Shown: positions 21,542-32,400 of the stretch, piece after piece | Numbering within the stretch: position 1 is the first letter of the stretch | Layout of the letters: every line of letters begins with the position of its first letter | Origin: Candidatus Levyibacteriota bacterium | Lineage (GTDB): Bacteria > Patescibacteriota > Microgenomatia > Levybacterales > UBA12049 | Assembly (NCBI GenBank): GCA_027459745.1 | Contig: DAIDHL010000005.1 | Location: forward strand, 646 to 64,645 | Length of the DNA: 64,000 nucleotides | Direction: 5' to 3' | Position numbers and translations under genes: made by a program | Notes under the pieces: model-generated | What the model was told of the DNA's origin: nothing | Database searches by the model: none | The model's input: the letters and a program-made list of their open reading frames with translations, nothing else

Positions 21542-23910
21542 TCTGCTTTATATGGTTGAGGCGTGTAGGCTACACTTCTTGAGGAAACTCTTTCTTCCAA
21601 TTTTGGCTTTAATGGTTTGGCTAAGGCAATAGCTAATACTTCATCCATATGTGAGACAAATTTGAATTCAATATCTCTCTTCACTTCAGCCGGAATTTCT
21701 TCTAAATCTTTTTGATTATCTTTAGGCAATATGATCGTTTTGATACCTGCCCTATGCGCTGCAATGACTTTTTCCTTCACTCCTCCGATTTCTAAAGCTC
21801 TCCCGCGCAAGGTAACCTCACCAGTCATAGCCACTTTACGATTAACCGGAATCTTGGTCAGAGCCGACACAATAGCTGTGGTAATAGCCAAACCAGCTGA
21901 AGGACCATCTTTTGGTACTGCACCTTCCGGAACGTGCACATGTACATCAATCTTTTGATAAAAGTTTTCCGATAGACCTAAAGCCTTGGCTCGAGTACGA
22001 ATATAAGACATTGCAGCCGTGGCTGATTCCTTCATCACATCACCCAACTGACCAGTCAAAATCATACTACCCTTACCAGCCATCAATGCAACCTCAATAA
22101 ATAAAATTTCTCCTCCTGCTTCTGTCCAAGCCAAGCCAGTAGACATGCCAACTTCATTTTTCTTTTCGATTAAATTAGCACTGAATTTAATAGGACCAAG
22201 ATAAGTGGGAATCTGCTTGCTTGTAATGACAATTTTACCTGTTTTGCCCTCGGCGACTTGTTTGGCAATCTTACGTAACACCCCGGCAATACGTCTTTCT
22301 AAGTTACGAACACCTGCTTCACGGGTATAGTGGTGAATGATAAACTTTAAAGCATCATCTGAGAAACTAACTTTTTTAGAATCCAAGCCATTCATCTCCA
22401 TTTGTTTTTTTACTAAGAAATCTTTAGCAATTTTATATTTCTCATCATGCGTATAACCGGCAAAATTGATGATTTCTAAACGGTCTCGCAAAGCTGGAGG
22501 AATCGTATCCAGCACATTTGCAGTGGTAATAAACATTACATTAGACAAATCAAAAGGAACTTCGAGATAATGATCCGAAAATTCAGAATTTTGTTCTGGA
22601 TCCAGGGCTTCCAATAATGCACTGGAAGGATCTCCACGGAAATCCGCACCGACTTTATCTATCTCATCAAGCATAAAGACTGGATTTTTACTGCCTGCAT
22701 CTTTGATCCCCTGAATAATACGTCCTGGCAAAGCACCTACATAAGTTCGGCGATGCCCCCGTATTTCAGCCTCATCACGAATTCCCCCCAATGACACACG
22801 AACAAATTTACGACCCAACGCACGCGCAATAGAACGTCCAATCGAAGTCTTACCAACTCCAGGAGGTCCTGAGAAGCATAAAATAGGTCCTCTGGTTTTA
22901 CCAGTCAGCTTATGAACCGCTAAGTATTCCACGATTCTCTCTTTGGCTTTGTCCAAACCATAATGATCTTCATTTAGGATTTTCTCAGCTTTCTTGATAT
23001 CATCATTACTACTTGTTTCTATACTCCAAGGTAGGCTAATTAACCATTCCACATAATTGCGAATATATCCTGCCTCAGGGTTAAATTGGTTCATAGCGTT
23101 TAGCTTGCGAACTTCTTTCTTAGCTTTTTCTTCCACATCCTTGGGCATCTTGGCTTCTTTGATTTTTAACATCAATTCACGCATCTCTCCAGCCTCATCA
23201 TCATTGCCTAATTCTTTCTCAATCACCTTCAAACGTTCTTTTAACATGGCTTCGCGGGCACCTTTTTCAAATTGTTGTTGAGTCTTGGAAGCTATACGTC
23301 TCTCTAATTCCAAAACCTTGATTTCCTTGGCTAACAGATCAGTCAATCTTTGTAAACGTTGTTTGACATCAGTCATTTCCAACAACTCTTGACGCTCCTG
23401 AGGCTTTAATTCTAACGCTGAAGACAGTAGATCAGCCAATTCGGAGGGGGAATTTTCTGACATAATATTCATAAATAACAAAAAGTCAGCGGATTTCCCT
23501 AAATTCATGGCTCGACGAAATTCGTGAGTCAAATGGTTACATAATGCTTCAATCTCAGGAGAGGCTATATATTCATCGGGAATCTCTTCAACTCTTGCTA
23601 GCAAGAAATTATCATGTGGCTCATAAGATAGGATCTTGACTCTACTTATTCCCCTCACCTGGGCATTAATTTCTCCATCTGTACGAATCATACGCTCAAT
23701 ACGCGCCAAAGTACCAATTTCATATAAATCATTATTTGTGGGTTCATTCAAGCGAGAATTCTTTTGCAAGACAAATACCACAATCCGTTCATTAACATAG
23801 GAAGACTCCAACGCAGCCAGACTCTTTGGACGTCCAAACGTCAAAACCGAATCGGTATTGGGGAAAATGATTCCATCTCTAATTGGGATTATCGCTACAA
23901 TTCTTTCCAT
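21538..23910 (-). CDS. lon: ATP-dependent protease La (Lon)
   Basis: LON N-domain, Walker [26 protein letters not shown], catalytic PKDGPSAG. Confidence 0.98.
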   Translation of the reverse strand: MERIVAIIPIRDGIIFPNTDSVLTFGRPKSLAALESSYVNERIVVFVLQKNSRLNEPTNNDLYEIGTLARIERMIRTDGEINAQVRGISRVKILSYEPHDNFLLARVEEIPDEYIASPEIEALCNHLTHEFRRAMNLGKSADFLLFMNIMSENSPSELADLLSSALELKPQERQELLEMTDVKQRLQRLTDLLAKEIKVLELERRIASKTQQQFEKGAREAMLKERLKVIEKELGNDDEAGEMRELMLKIKEAKMPKDVEEKAKKEVRKLNAMNQFNPEAGYIRNYVEWLISLPWSIETSSNDDIKKAEKILNEDHYGLDKAKERIVEYLAVHKLTGKTRGPILCFSGPPGVGKTSIGRSIARALGRKFVRVSLGGIRDEAEIRGHRRTYVGALPGRIIQGIKDAGSKNPVFMLDEIDKVGADFRGDPSSALLEALDPEQNSEFSDHYLEVPFDLSNVMFITTANVLDTIPPALRDRLEIINFAGYTHDEKYKIAKDFLVKKQMEMNGLDSKKVSFSDDALKFIIHHYTREAGVRNLERRIAGVLRKIAKQVAEGKTGKIVITSKQIPTYLGPIKFSANLIEKKNEVGMSTGLAWTEAGGEILFIEVALMAGKGSMILTGQLGDVMKESATAAMSYIRTRAKALGLSENFYQKIDVHVHVPEGAVPKDGPSAGLAITTAIVSALTKIPVNRKVAMTGEVTLRGRALEIGGVKEKVIAAHRAGIKTIILPKDNQKDLEEIPAEVKRDIEFKFVSHMDEVLAIALAKPLKPKLEERVSSRSVAYTPQPYKAD

Positions 23911-23920
23911 AAATTTAGTA

Positions 23921-23947
23921 TTAGCACTCTATCATAGGTATTGCTAG
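23921..23947 (-). promoter_or_regulatory. CIRCE-like HrcA operator upstream of lon
   Basis: TTAGCACTC-N9-TATTGCTAG against consensus TTAGCACTC-N9-GAGTGCTAA; minus-strand TTGACA adjacent at 23949-23954. Confidence 0.7.
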
Positions 23948-23984
23948 TTGTCAATCCTATTTAATCTATCATTCTATATCAAAA

Positions 23985-24350
23985 TTATTCGATATTGTTT
24001 TTAACAATGTTTATCAACGCTATCATATCAAAAGGTTTCTTTAAATAACCTGAAACCTTATATTTAAGAACAAGTTTTTCTAAATTTGCATCGGCAGAAG
24101 ATATAATTACAGGCACTTTAACTGTTTTAGAATTTTTACGCAATTGATCTATTAAACTTTCTGTCCTAAGCTGTTTATAATGTATGTCCATTAAAATAAG
24201 ACCGGGATTATGAGCAATTACCTGAGCAATAAAATCACTACTATCATCAAACCTTTGAACCACATAATGCTCAGACTCCAGTACAATACACATTACGTCA
24301 AAAATTGAATCATCGTCCTCAAAAATGAAAATCTTTTTACCCTTGAACAT
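23985..24350 (-). CDS. Single-domain response regulator
   Basis: IFIFEDD, ILMDI, SSA, KKPF; start moved to ATG 24350 downstream of TGCTATAAT. Confidence 0.85.
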   Translation of the reverse strand: MFKGKKIFIFEDDDSIFDVMCIVLESEHYVVQRFDDSSDFIAQVIAHNPGLILMDIHYKQLRTESLIDQLRKNSKTVKVPVIISSADANLEKLVLKYKVSGYLKKPFDMIALINIVKNNIE

Positions 24351-24438
24351 TTTCAACCGTATTATAGCACTCCAGTAAAGTAAACCTGAAGTTAGACTGT
24401 ACATACTAAAAATTTGTTGCTATAATGCACACGCGAAG

Positions 24439-25110
24439 ATGGTACAGACAATTTTAGTCGTCGAAGACGACAAAGGAGTACAAAAATATTTAAGAGAGCT
24501 GCTACTGGATAACGGCTACGCTACACAGATTTCTGCAGACGGAATCGATGCACTTGAGAAGTTGAAAAAAATTGAGCCTGATGCAGTAGTATTGGACTTA
24601 GGCTTACCCAAAATGAGCGGTGAAGCTGTGTGTATGGAAATCCGCAAAAAGTATCCTGATCTCCCAATTATTATTCTCACAGCAAAAGACAGTATTAATA
24701 ACGTAGTTGAAGGCTTAAACTTAGGAGCTGATGATTACATGACCAAACCTTTTGTGGGTGACGAATTACTGGCACGTCTGAAGGCCAGGCTTAGACACTC
24801 TGTTTCTTCTGACGAAATTTTGCAGGTAGCTGATTTAACTCTTAATACCAAAACCATGGAAGTCAAAAGAGGAGTAAAACAAATACAACTTACTCCCCAG
24901 GAATATAAGCTGCTTGAATATTTGATGTCGAATAAAACCCGCGTTCTGACTCGTGAAATGATTTTAAATCGTATCTGGCTGTACGCTTCGGAAGTAGAAA
25001 CACGAGTAGTTGATGTATATATGGGATATCTTAGAAAAAAGATTGATTCAGGTCACGAAAAGAAACTACTTAAATCCGTCCGTGGTTTTGGTTATATGAT
25101 GAAAGACTAA
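24439..25110 (+). CDS. OmpR/PhoB-family response regulator
   Basis: VVEDD, LDLGLP, GADDYMTKPF, winged helix VVDVYMGYLRKKID, VRGFGY. Confidence 0.95.
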   Translation: MVQTILVVEDDKGVQKYLRELLLDNGYATQISADGIDALEKLKKIEPDAVVLDLGLPKMSGEAVCMEIRKKYPDLPIIILTAKDSINNVVEGLNLGADDYMTKPFVGDELLARLKARLRHSVSSDEILQVADLTLNTKTMEVKRGVKQIQLTPQEYKLLEYLMSNKTRVLTREMILNRIWLYASEVETRVVDVYMGYLRKKIDSGHEKKLLKSVRGFGYMMKD

Positions 25111-26330
25111 GGCTTGTATTGGGGTAAGAACTTGGTTATATCAAGATTTGTAACCAGTTTTTCATCCAGAGGACTAAATACACAAAATACATTTTCAGCG
25201 GGTAAACCCAGCCTTTCGACTAAATATCCCTGCATTCCTTTGGCTCTCATTTTGTAAGTTCTACTATAAACGTTGAAAATATCTCCCGAAGATGACGGTG
25301 TGCGTCTCTTATTTTTTGGTTCACCCCAATCTCCTACTGGAGGGAGAATTACAGAGTTAAGTGCATCTTCTATCCACAAATCAGAATTGCCAACTCCCGG
25401 TAAAATACGTTGTTTATTTAGTTTTCGTTGCCAATATCTCTTAACTAATCCATCATATTCTTTATGTATTTCATCGTACTGTTCTTGTCTAGCAAATGAA
25501 CTTATAGCTTGTTGAGCAAGCAGAGCACGATAGAGAGTAGTTGCACTTTTTATTTTTTTAGCCTTAGAGAAGTTTTCAAACGACACACCAAATCTTGCTT
25601 TTGCAATTTTCTCAATTAACTGTATATCATCAAAAGATGGAACAGGAATTCCGCTAACTGTAGTTTTAAATTTCTTTCTTAGATCACTTTCCAGCGCAAG
25701 ATAATCTTCTAGGGTTCCCGCGCCGACTGTAAAATCTCGCATGGAAATACCTCTTTCTACCACATCCATCGTCACCATGGGATGTATAACAGCCATATGT
25801 CTACCAAACTTTCTTGCAAAGTGCTTTAGTGCTTTTTGACCTCTATCTATCCCTCCTGCTCCATGACTTCTAATTGCAGCTACGTCAGCTATAACTTTGT
25901 CGGAAATTGAAAGTGCATAATCCAAACGGTCTATGTAATCATTATTTACACTATCATATTCTAAACTCCCCCATTTAGTGGTTCCATCAGTATTTCTTCT
26001 TGAACCGAGTCTTTTTTCACCAGCTAACAACGCTAATTCGTATGGTACATGCAATGCAGGCATGACAGAGCCAATTCCCTGAGCCGTACTAGTTTTACCA
26101 CTCAAAGGAGGTCCAATCACAAAAACAATTCTTGTGTTGCTATCATCTAAACAGCTTAATATTTCATCTTCAGCTTTCTCTCCTTTTATATTCCAAAAAT
26201 TCCTTAACAATGTACCCTCGGTTTTTGATTCTACTTCTTCATGGGGTAACATGGGACGTTCTGAATACGTAGAATATGGTGAACTCAGTTTCGGACGATA
26301 TTGCCCGTTATTCATTTCAGGTAAACTCAT
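25107..26330 (-). CDS. Hypothetical P-loop protein (nucleotide-kinase-like)
   Basis: IVFVIGPPLSGKTS Walker A after a hydrophobic strand; KVIAD as possible Walker B. Confidence 0.6.
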   Translation of the reverse strand: MSLPEMNNGQYRPKLSSPYSTYSERPMLPHEEVESKTEGTLLRNFWNIKGEKAEDEILSCLDDSNTRIVFVIGPPLSGKTSTAQGIGSVMPALHVPYELALLAGEKRLGSRRNTDGTTKWGSLEYDSVNNDYIDRLDYALSISDKVIADVAAIRSHGAGGIDRGQKALKHFARKFGRHMAVIHPMVTMDVVERGISMRDFTVGAGTLEDYLALESDLRKKFKTTVSGIPVPSFDDIQLIEKIAKARFGVSFENFSKAKKIKSATTLYRALLAQQAISSFARQEQYDEIHKEYDGLVKRYWQRKLNKQRILPGVGNSDLWIEDALNSVILPPVGDWGEPKNKRRTPSSSGDIFNVYSRTYKMRAKGMQGYLVERLGLPAENVFCVFSPLDEKLVTNLDITKFLPQYKP

Positions 26331-27484
26331 ACAAGTCTGGGCAGGTAAATACTCGCTTCAATATCGTTTTGAGAGGATTTTTTAAGTGATATCTTACCTT
26401 TGTGATGCTTGACTATATCTTTAGCTAAATACAGTCCTAACCCCATACCTGTATTCAGACTATCTCCACCTTTGTAGTATTTTTTAAAAAGATGCACCAA
26501 ATCGTCTGAAGGTATATTGCCTTTATTAACTACTGTTATTACAATTTGATTCTTTTTTTGTAATAGTACTATTGATAGAGGTGTATCTTCCTGAGAAAAT
26601 TTTGCAGCATTATCCACCAGATGGGAGATTAGCTGATCGATTTTTTCCGGATCACCTTTGATAAAGATTGATCTTTCATCAGTATTGTTAACAAAAGAAT
26701 ACTTTCTCTGACTGTGAATAGTCATATAGCGTAAAATCACTCTATTAATAAGGGGAATAACATCAAATGTATTCTTTACATATTGCTGTTTTTTGGAATT
26801 TATCCTAGTAATATCTAGTAACTCGTTTACAATATAGATTAATCTATGTGTTTGAGAATATAATTCATTTATCCAATCCTGCTCTCGGGATTTTCGGTTT
26901 ACAAAGCGTTTATGCAAGAGTTGAATATAGCCATGAATAGAAGTAAGAGGGGTACGTAATTCATGAGCCGCTAGAGAAATAAACTCATCCCGGGTAGAAA
27001 GTGCATTTGCCATATCTTGATAAGCTTGTGCTTTGGTTATGGCCAAACTAGCTAACGACCCTATAAAATTTAGCGTACTGATAATCTTTGAATTTAGTTT
27101 TTTCTTTTTGGTAAGATTAATAGACAACACTCCTATTTTTGTCTTTTCAAAAATTATGGGAATGTAAACAATTCCTACGATATCCAGAGTTAGTAGCTCT
27201 TTATGAAATTGGGAAACATGATTAATCGGAAGCAAGAAAACGCTTTCTTTTTTATATGCTTCATAAACAAAACCTTTACGTCTAGATTTAACTTGAAATT
27301 TAGGTGGTAAGGTACTATACACTCTCTCAAAATATGTCCCATTTTTTATGTGGATTGACCCGTAAGATGTTTGAAAAATACCAGCAGTTACACTGACAAT
27401 AACCTTATAGGTTTCTTCCAATGTTTTGCAATCCAATAATTTGAGCATCAGCTCATTCAATTTCTCCACATCAATACTGCTCAT
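26327..27484 (-). CDS. GAF-domain sensor histidine kinase
   Basis: GAF-like N-terminus, AAHELRTPLT, LVDNAAKFS, GMGLGLY. Confidence 0.9.
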   Translation of the reverse strand: MSSIDVEKLNELMLKLLDCKTLEETYKVIVSVTAGIFQTSYGSIHIKNGTYFERVYSTLPPKFQVKSRRKGFVYEAYKKESVFLLPINHVSQFHKELLTLDIVGIVYIPIIFEKTKIGVLSINLTKKKKLNSKIISTLNFIGSLASLAITKAQAYQDMANALSTRDEFISLAAHELRTPLTSIHGYIQLLHKRFVNRKSREQDWINELYSQTHRLIYIVNELLDITRINSKKQQYVKNTFDVIPLINRVILRYMTIHSQRKYSFVNNTDERSIFIKGDPEKIDQLISHLVDNAAKFSQEDTPLSIVLLQKKNQIVITVVNKGNIPSDDLVHLFKKYYKGGDSLNTGMGLGLYLAKDIVKHHKGKISLKKSSQNDIEASIYLPRLV

Positions 27485-27541
27485 TACGTCTTATAGCATA
27501 CCATTTAGGGATGTGTTCTTCAAGTGAAGTAAAATGAAATG

Positions 27542-27721
27542 TTATTTCTTTTTATTTTTTTTCTGTCTGGACAGACCTCCTTTGCGCCCAGCCATCTTTG
27601 CTTCTTCACTACTCCACTTGTGAGCAGTGCCTTTAGCATGTGCAGCTTTGCCGCCTTTACTGGCGATACTTCTTTGTTTGTTGCTGTCCATTGAAGCAAA
27701 TCCGCGATTTTTTATTGCCAT
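27542..27721 (-). CDS. KGG-motif general stress protein (YciG/GsiB/Con-10-like), 59 aa
   Basis: Below the ORF-track cutoff. Translates as MAIKNRGFASMDSNKQRSIASKGGKAAHAKGTAHKWSSEEAKMAGRKGGLSRQKKNKKK with an AGGAGG RBS. Confidence 0.9.
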   Translation of the reverse strand: MAIKNRGFASMDSNKQRSIASKGGKAAHAKGTAHKWSSEEAKMAGRKGGLSRQKKNKKK

Positions 27722-27887
27722 AAACCTCCTTCTAAAAAAATTTCATATCATTCATAATCATCTTCGTTACAAAAAAAGTAATAAATAATAAAGTCATCTC
27801 AGCTTCCATAATTAATACATCAATAATAATACTCATATATAAAAGGTCAAGCAATTCTGTGTAAGAATTATGTGTGAAATGTAGAGC

Positions 27888-28571
27888 TTATTTTTTAAGC
27901 TGTGAGTCAATCGCACTCTTTAAGTCAGTGTAGGTATAATTGCCAACAAAATGACGTTGGTTTATATAAAAGGTCGGAGTTTCGTTAACTTGTAAGGTAT
28001 TTCCATCTGCTTCATCCTTATTCACCTGGTCGATTACTGCGTTTGAATTTAGAGCTTCGTCAAATTTGCTCACATTCAAACCAATTTTTTTAGCGTAAGT
28101 GTCAAAATAAGACTTGGGATTACTACTAGTAGCCCAAGTATCCTGATTATCATATAAAATATCATGCATAGGCCAGAATTTTCCCTGCTGGCCCGCAGCC
28201 ACAGCCGCCTGAGCTCCAATCATGGCATTTTTATGAATTTGCACTAAAGGGAAATTACGAAATACTAAATTAATCTTATTGCCATACTGCTGTTTTAACT
28301 GCTTAACAATTGGATACATTGCTCCGCAACCAGGACATTCAAAATCTCCAAACTCCACAAAAGTAACCGGTGCATTGCTGGGACCTGATTGGAAACTGCC
28401 CTTAGGAACTAATAATGAGTTACTCGCTTTTGTTGAGTCAAGCTCTTGAGTTGAAGATGAGGAAGAAGTTGTACTACCAACACTACCGTTACTCAAAAAA
28501 ACCGCTCCGATTATAATAATTATTAATGTGACTATTCCAATTCCTGTTATAACTTTAGCATCCTGTGACAT
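27888..28571 (-). CDS. DsbA/BdbD-family thioredoxin-fold oxidoreductase, membrane anchored
   Basis: N-terminal TM, VEFGDFECPGC, FRNFPL, ETPTFYIN; start placed at ATG 28571. Confidence 0.93.
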   Translation of the reverse strand: MSQDAKVITGIGIVTLIIIIIGAVFLSNGSVGSTTSSSSSTQELDSTKASNSLLVPKGSFQSGPSNAPVTFVEFGDFECPGCGAMYPIVKQLKQQYGNKINLVFRNFPLVQIHKNAMIGAQAAVAAGQQGKFWPMHDILYDNQDTWATSSNPKSYFDTYAKKIGLNVSKFDEALNSNAVIDQVNKDEADGNTLQVNETPTFYINQRHFVGNYTYTDLKSAIDSQLKK

Positions 28572-28985
28572 GAATTTATTATACAAAAGTTTTAAATCCG
28601 TGCAAGAGGTAGTTTTACATGCTGTAGTAGACCAACAACAAATGATAAATAATTATTTATCATTTACACCAGGTGTAATTAACGGTGAGTGAAATGGATC
28701 ACCTTCTTTATCATTATTTCCGTTTTGATTTAAATATATGAAAATTGGAGTTGGAGGTAAATAATACTCAGTTGCTCTTTCAATCACTTCTCTTCCCCAG
28801 CCCTGTTCAGACAAAGATTTTATAACCTTATCAGCAGGAACTTTCGTCTTCTTACAAGCATCCAAGTATCTTTGTATGCCCTAATGTAACACTCGCATAA
28901 ATTCTTACCTATAAGACTATCCTGACAAAAACAAATAAGATTGTCAATCAATACTATATTTACAACACATGATATAATAAGATTA

Positions 28986-29480
28986 ATGAGGATTAAACGT
29001 TTATTCACGTTATCTTTATTTAGCTCAGTATTTTTTCTTGTTACATCTAGTGTTTACGCTGACATGACAAATATTGTAAATAATATTACCAGCAATAATA
29101 ACTCTACTGGCAATATCAATTCAGTAAATACAGTGCAAACAAATACCAATTCTAATGGTTCCACCAGTACTAGTATTAAAATCAATGACAACGGTAAAGA
29201 AACTGACTACGAATCAAATCAGCCAGGTAGTGTAACCGTTAATTCATCTAACGGAAACGTACATGTTCAGGTCAATAATAATCGAGATCAAAATTTAAGC
29301 GGTACTTCTTCTCCTTCAGCCACACCCAGACTAGAAAAATTAGAGGATAAGTTAAAAAAACATATCTTGCCAACTGCAAAACCTGATCAGAAAACTTCTT
29401 CCCTAAGCGCAAGTTTAAAAATCTTTAATTTTGATGTTCGACAATTCTTCTACAATCTTTTTAATTTAAAATGGTTCTAG
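28986..29480 (+). CDS. Secreted Asn/Ser/Thr-rich hypothetical protein
   Basis: Signal peptide ending VYA-D; low-complexity N/S/T body; TATAAT 7 nt before the ATG. Confidence 0.7.
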   Translation: MRIKRLFTLSLFSSVFFLVTSSVYADMTNIVNNITSNNNSTGNINSVNTVQTNTNSNGSTSTSIKINDNGKETDYESNQPGSVTVNSSNGNVHVQVNNNRDQNLSGTSSPSATPRLEKLEDKLKKHILPTAKPDQKTSSLSASLKIFNFDVRQFFYNLFNLKWF

Positions 29481-29590
29481 ATAATATGAGGAGAAATAAG
29501 ACTGAAGATATATCTACCTTACACTGCTAAATTTAGACTCTCCGTAAATATGATCATTGCTATATCAGAAAAAAATTGTATACTAGACAG

Positions 29591-29926
29591 ATGGCAGAAG
29601 AAAAGAAATTGATTATCGAAGATTTAAAGGTAGGGACCGGCCCTGAAGTAAAATCTGGAGACCACGTAGTCATGCATTATGTCGGCACTTTAGAAGATGG
29701 AACAAAATTTGATTCTTCTTATGATCGTGATCAACCCTTTGAAACACCAATCGGAGTTGGATATGTAATCAAAGGCTGGGATATGGGTGTTCAAGGTATG
29801 AAAGTAGGAGGAAAAAGAAAATTAACTATTCCTTATCAATTGGGTTACGGAAAATATGGAATTGATCCTGACATCCCTGGATTTGCTACGTTAATATTCG
29901 AAGTAGAGTTATTAAGAATCAAATAA
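29591..29926 (+). CDS. FKBP-type peptidyl-prolyl isomerase
   Basis: HYVGTLEDGTKFDSS, VIKGWDMG, GGKRKLTIP, TLIFEVELL. Confidence 0.97.
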   Translation: MAEEKKLIIEDLKVGTGPEVKSGDHVVMHYVGTLEDGTKFDSSYDRDQPFETPIGVGYVIKGWDMGVQGMKVGGKRKLTIPYQLGYGKYGIDPDIPGFATLIFEVELLRIK

Positions 29927-30205
29927 TCAGCCATTAAGATATCGCATGGAGAAGCAGCATGAGGGTTTCACATATTATTGCCGCAAATATAACCACTGTG
30001 ATTAACAAAAAACTTGCCATTAAATGATTCTGAGCCTTTATTGGATTCACGCTTTTTACCCTAGCAACATCTTGATACAACTTATTTGTAATAAAGACAA
30101 TAAGTAATAATAAGAATTATGCAAGAATAAACTTAATATTACCTGAAGTCTCAAATTTCTTTCTGAATGACAAAAGTTCAGATTTCTAGTAAAATAAGCT
30201 CACAA

Positions 30206-30276
30206 TGCTGGATCATCTAACGGTAGGATAGTGGACTCTGAATCCATTCATCTTGGTCCGAATCCAAGTCCAGCAG
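30206..30276 (+). tRNA. tRNA-Gln(CTG)
   Basis: Acceptor stem TGCTGGA/TCCAGCA; anticodon arm GTGGA-CT-CTG-AA-TCCAT; T arm CTTGG-TCCGAAT-CCAAG; CCA not encoded. Confidence 0.93.
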
Positions 30277-30373
30277 CATTTAACAACCGAGGTTAGAAGC
30301 TAGTCGACCGAGCAGGTTGACAATCATTATGATATTGAGAAGTGATCAAAGATAATTAATTTTGATTCTAGGT

Positions 30374-31960
30374 CTAGCATCCGACATTTAATTTTTGTCC
30401 AGGATAAATAAGAGAAGATTTTAAATCATTTTTTTGCATAATGTTTTTGGAAAATATCCCCTCCCCTAAGTTATTATTTGCAATTTCCCATAAACTATCT
30501 CCAGGTTGAACTGTATAGGTTAGACATGCAGTTAATTTCCCTTTATTAGTAAAAACACCCAAAACATTCTTTGATATCGAAGAATTTATATTTGAACTGA
30601 ATGGAAAAACATTAACTGAAACGACTTGCGACCAATTCCCCGGCATGCACCCATTTTGTCCTCTTACTTTGAAATACCATGTCCCGGCAAAAAGATCATT
30701 AATAGTATATGCAATAACTCCACTTATCTCTGGATTATTCAATGTTGTCCCAAATCCAATTGCAGAACTATCTAATCCATAACTTATATAATACCTTGTA
30801 TTTCCACTCAGTATTGGTACAAAATATAATGTTGCAGTAGTACCGGTTGAATTTACTTGAAATAAATTAGGTGCAATTGGTACAGTTCCTCCACAACCCG
30901 ATGGACTTGACGAATTAGACGAAGTATTTGATGATGACGATGGCAAAGTGGTGGGGGTTGGATTAGTTGCTTGCCATTGAAAAACGGGATAGACTGTCCC
31001 ATTATTTGAATTACTCCAGATCGTGTTAAAGTCCCAGTTATTCATGGGTGGATTTGTTACTGTATAAAAATAAGAAAGCGTCGTCTCAGATGTACATTGG
31101 TAATCTCCCGTCTGATAACAGTTGCTTGGGGAACCGGTTGTTTTATACCAGTAATCAGCTGTAGGGTTTCCACCTGATATCCCAACCAGCCCTCCTCTAT
31201 TTGTTACGCTTTGATCTACACTTCCAGTACTAAAACTATAAGAAATTGATCCACCGTTTTCCACATATCCAACTAGGCCTCCTATCGTACTGCCACCCGT
31301 TATATTTCCAGTTGCATATGAATTTGAAATATCAGCCGTACCACCATCATCAACACCTACCAAACCTCCTTCATCTCCAGAACCAGTTGACTGAACATTT
31401 CCCGTGGCATAAGAATCACTCACTGTTCCAAAATTATAGCCTACAATCCCCCCACCATTGGGATGAAGCCCTCCGTCGGTTCCGTAAATATCTACATTAG
31501 AGTATGATTTGGTTATCGACCCTTCACTTACTGCTGCTATTCCACCCATATTACCAACAGAACTACCTCCAGTGACACTGCCGCTTACATAGCCTACTTT
31601 TGTTACGACACCACTGCTTCCGATATAGCCAAATATACCTACATACAATTGGTTCTTATTTATAGTCAAATTCGTAATTTTGTATTCATTCCCATCGTAA
31701 GTACCAGTAAACTTGCTAGAACTAGATCCAATGGGGGTAAAATCATACCCTGTACAATCAATATCATTTTGTTGTTGATAATAAGAACTCAAGCTGTTGG
31801 CAACTTCTTGCAATTGTGCACATGTGGTCACTTGATACGGACTACTACTTGTGCCACTACCTGATCCGGAAAACGCAAAAGCTGAGGTCGTTGTAAAAAG
31901 AGAAAATAGGGAAATACTAATCGTACATAAGAAAATATTTAGCGGTTTATTTATGTTCAT
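30374..31960 (-). CDS. Secreted protein with GLUG repeats, FN3-like domain and C-terminal LysM
   Basis: Signal peptide AFA; GSGT..PY, GGLVG and SYATGNV repeats; WYFKVRGQNGC; YTVQPGDSLWEIA...IYPGQKL. Confidence 0.85.
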   Translation of the reverse strand: MNINKPLNIFLCTISISLFSLFTTTSAFAFSGSGSGTSSSPYQVTTCAQLQEVANSLSSYYQQQNDIDCTGYDFTPIGSSSSKFTGTYDGNEYKITNLTINKNQLYVGIFGYIGSSGVVTKVGYVSGSVTGGSSVGNMGGIAAVSEGSITKSYSNVDIYGTDGGLHPNGGGIVGYNFGTVSDSYATGNVQSTGSGDEGGLVGVDDGGTADISNSYATGNITGGSTIGGLVGYVENGGSISYSFSTGSVDQSVTNRGGLVGISGGNPTADYWYKTTGSPSNCYQTGDYQCTSETTLSYFYTVTNPPMNNWDFNTIWSNSNNGTVYPVFQWQATNPTPTTLPSSSSNTSSNSSSPSGCGGTVPIAPNLFQVNSTGTTATLYFVPILSGNTRYYISYGLDSSAIGFGTTLNNPEISGVIAYTINDLFAGTWYFKVRGQNGCMPGNWSQVVSVNVFPFSSNINSSISKNVLGVFTNKGKLTACLTYTVQPGDSLWEIANNNLGEGIFSKNIMQKNDLKSSLIYPGQKLNVGC

Positions 31961-32400
31961 AATTTTAATATATTAACTATTTATAAAAAAAACAATACAT
32001 GTATATATAAAATTTACTTGCGTGTGTATCTGTTTAAATTTAGAATCTGATTTAAATAACCAAATCATCAAGGCTGGTATATATTTAGGAAAACTAGTTG
32101 TCAATAATGAAAATGAAAAAAACTTAACCCCCAATTAAGGCTGTTATTCTTAGGACATCATCAGCTACTTATGAATTAAGTAGCTTGGAGATAGTACAAA
32201 AATAATATTAACACAGCTGTACAAGAGAGAAGACTCAGAATAAAATTGACAAATGTTTCTTGAAGAACTAAAAAAATCCATGAAAGTAGAATTTAACTAA
32301 GTAAAATTTCCTACATAGTACAACTATGCCAGCACAAATATTTAACCTCGCTTGAGCATGTCAAACCACAAACCTGGATTCTAAATATGGAATTAGTGAT

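Noticed and set aside
28653-29008. Short minus-strand ORFs (70 and 62 aa)
   Set aside because: No recognisable motifs; one overlaps the secreted-protein gene. The 70-aa ORF could be real but I cannot support it.
29927-30200. Possible pseudogene or ncRNA between FKBP and tRNA-Gln
   Set aside because: No convincing reading frame or structure found by eye
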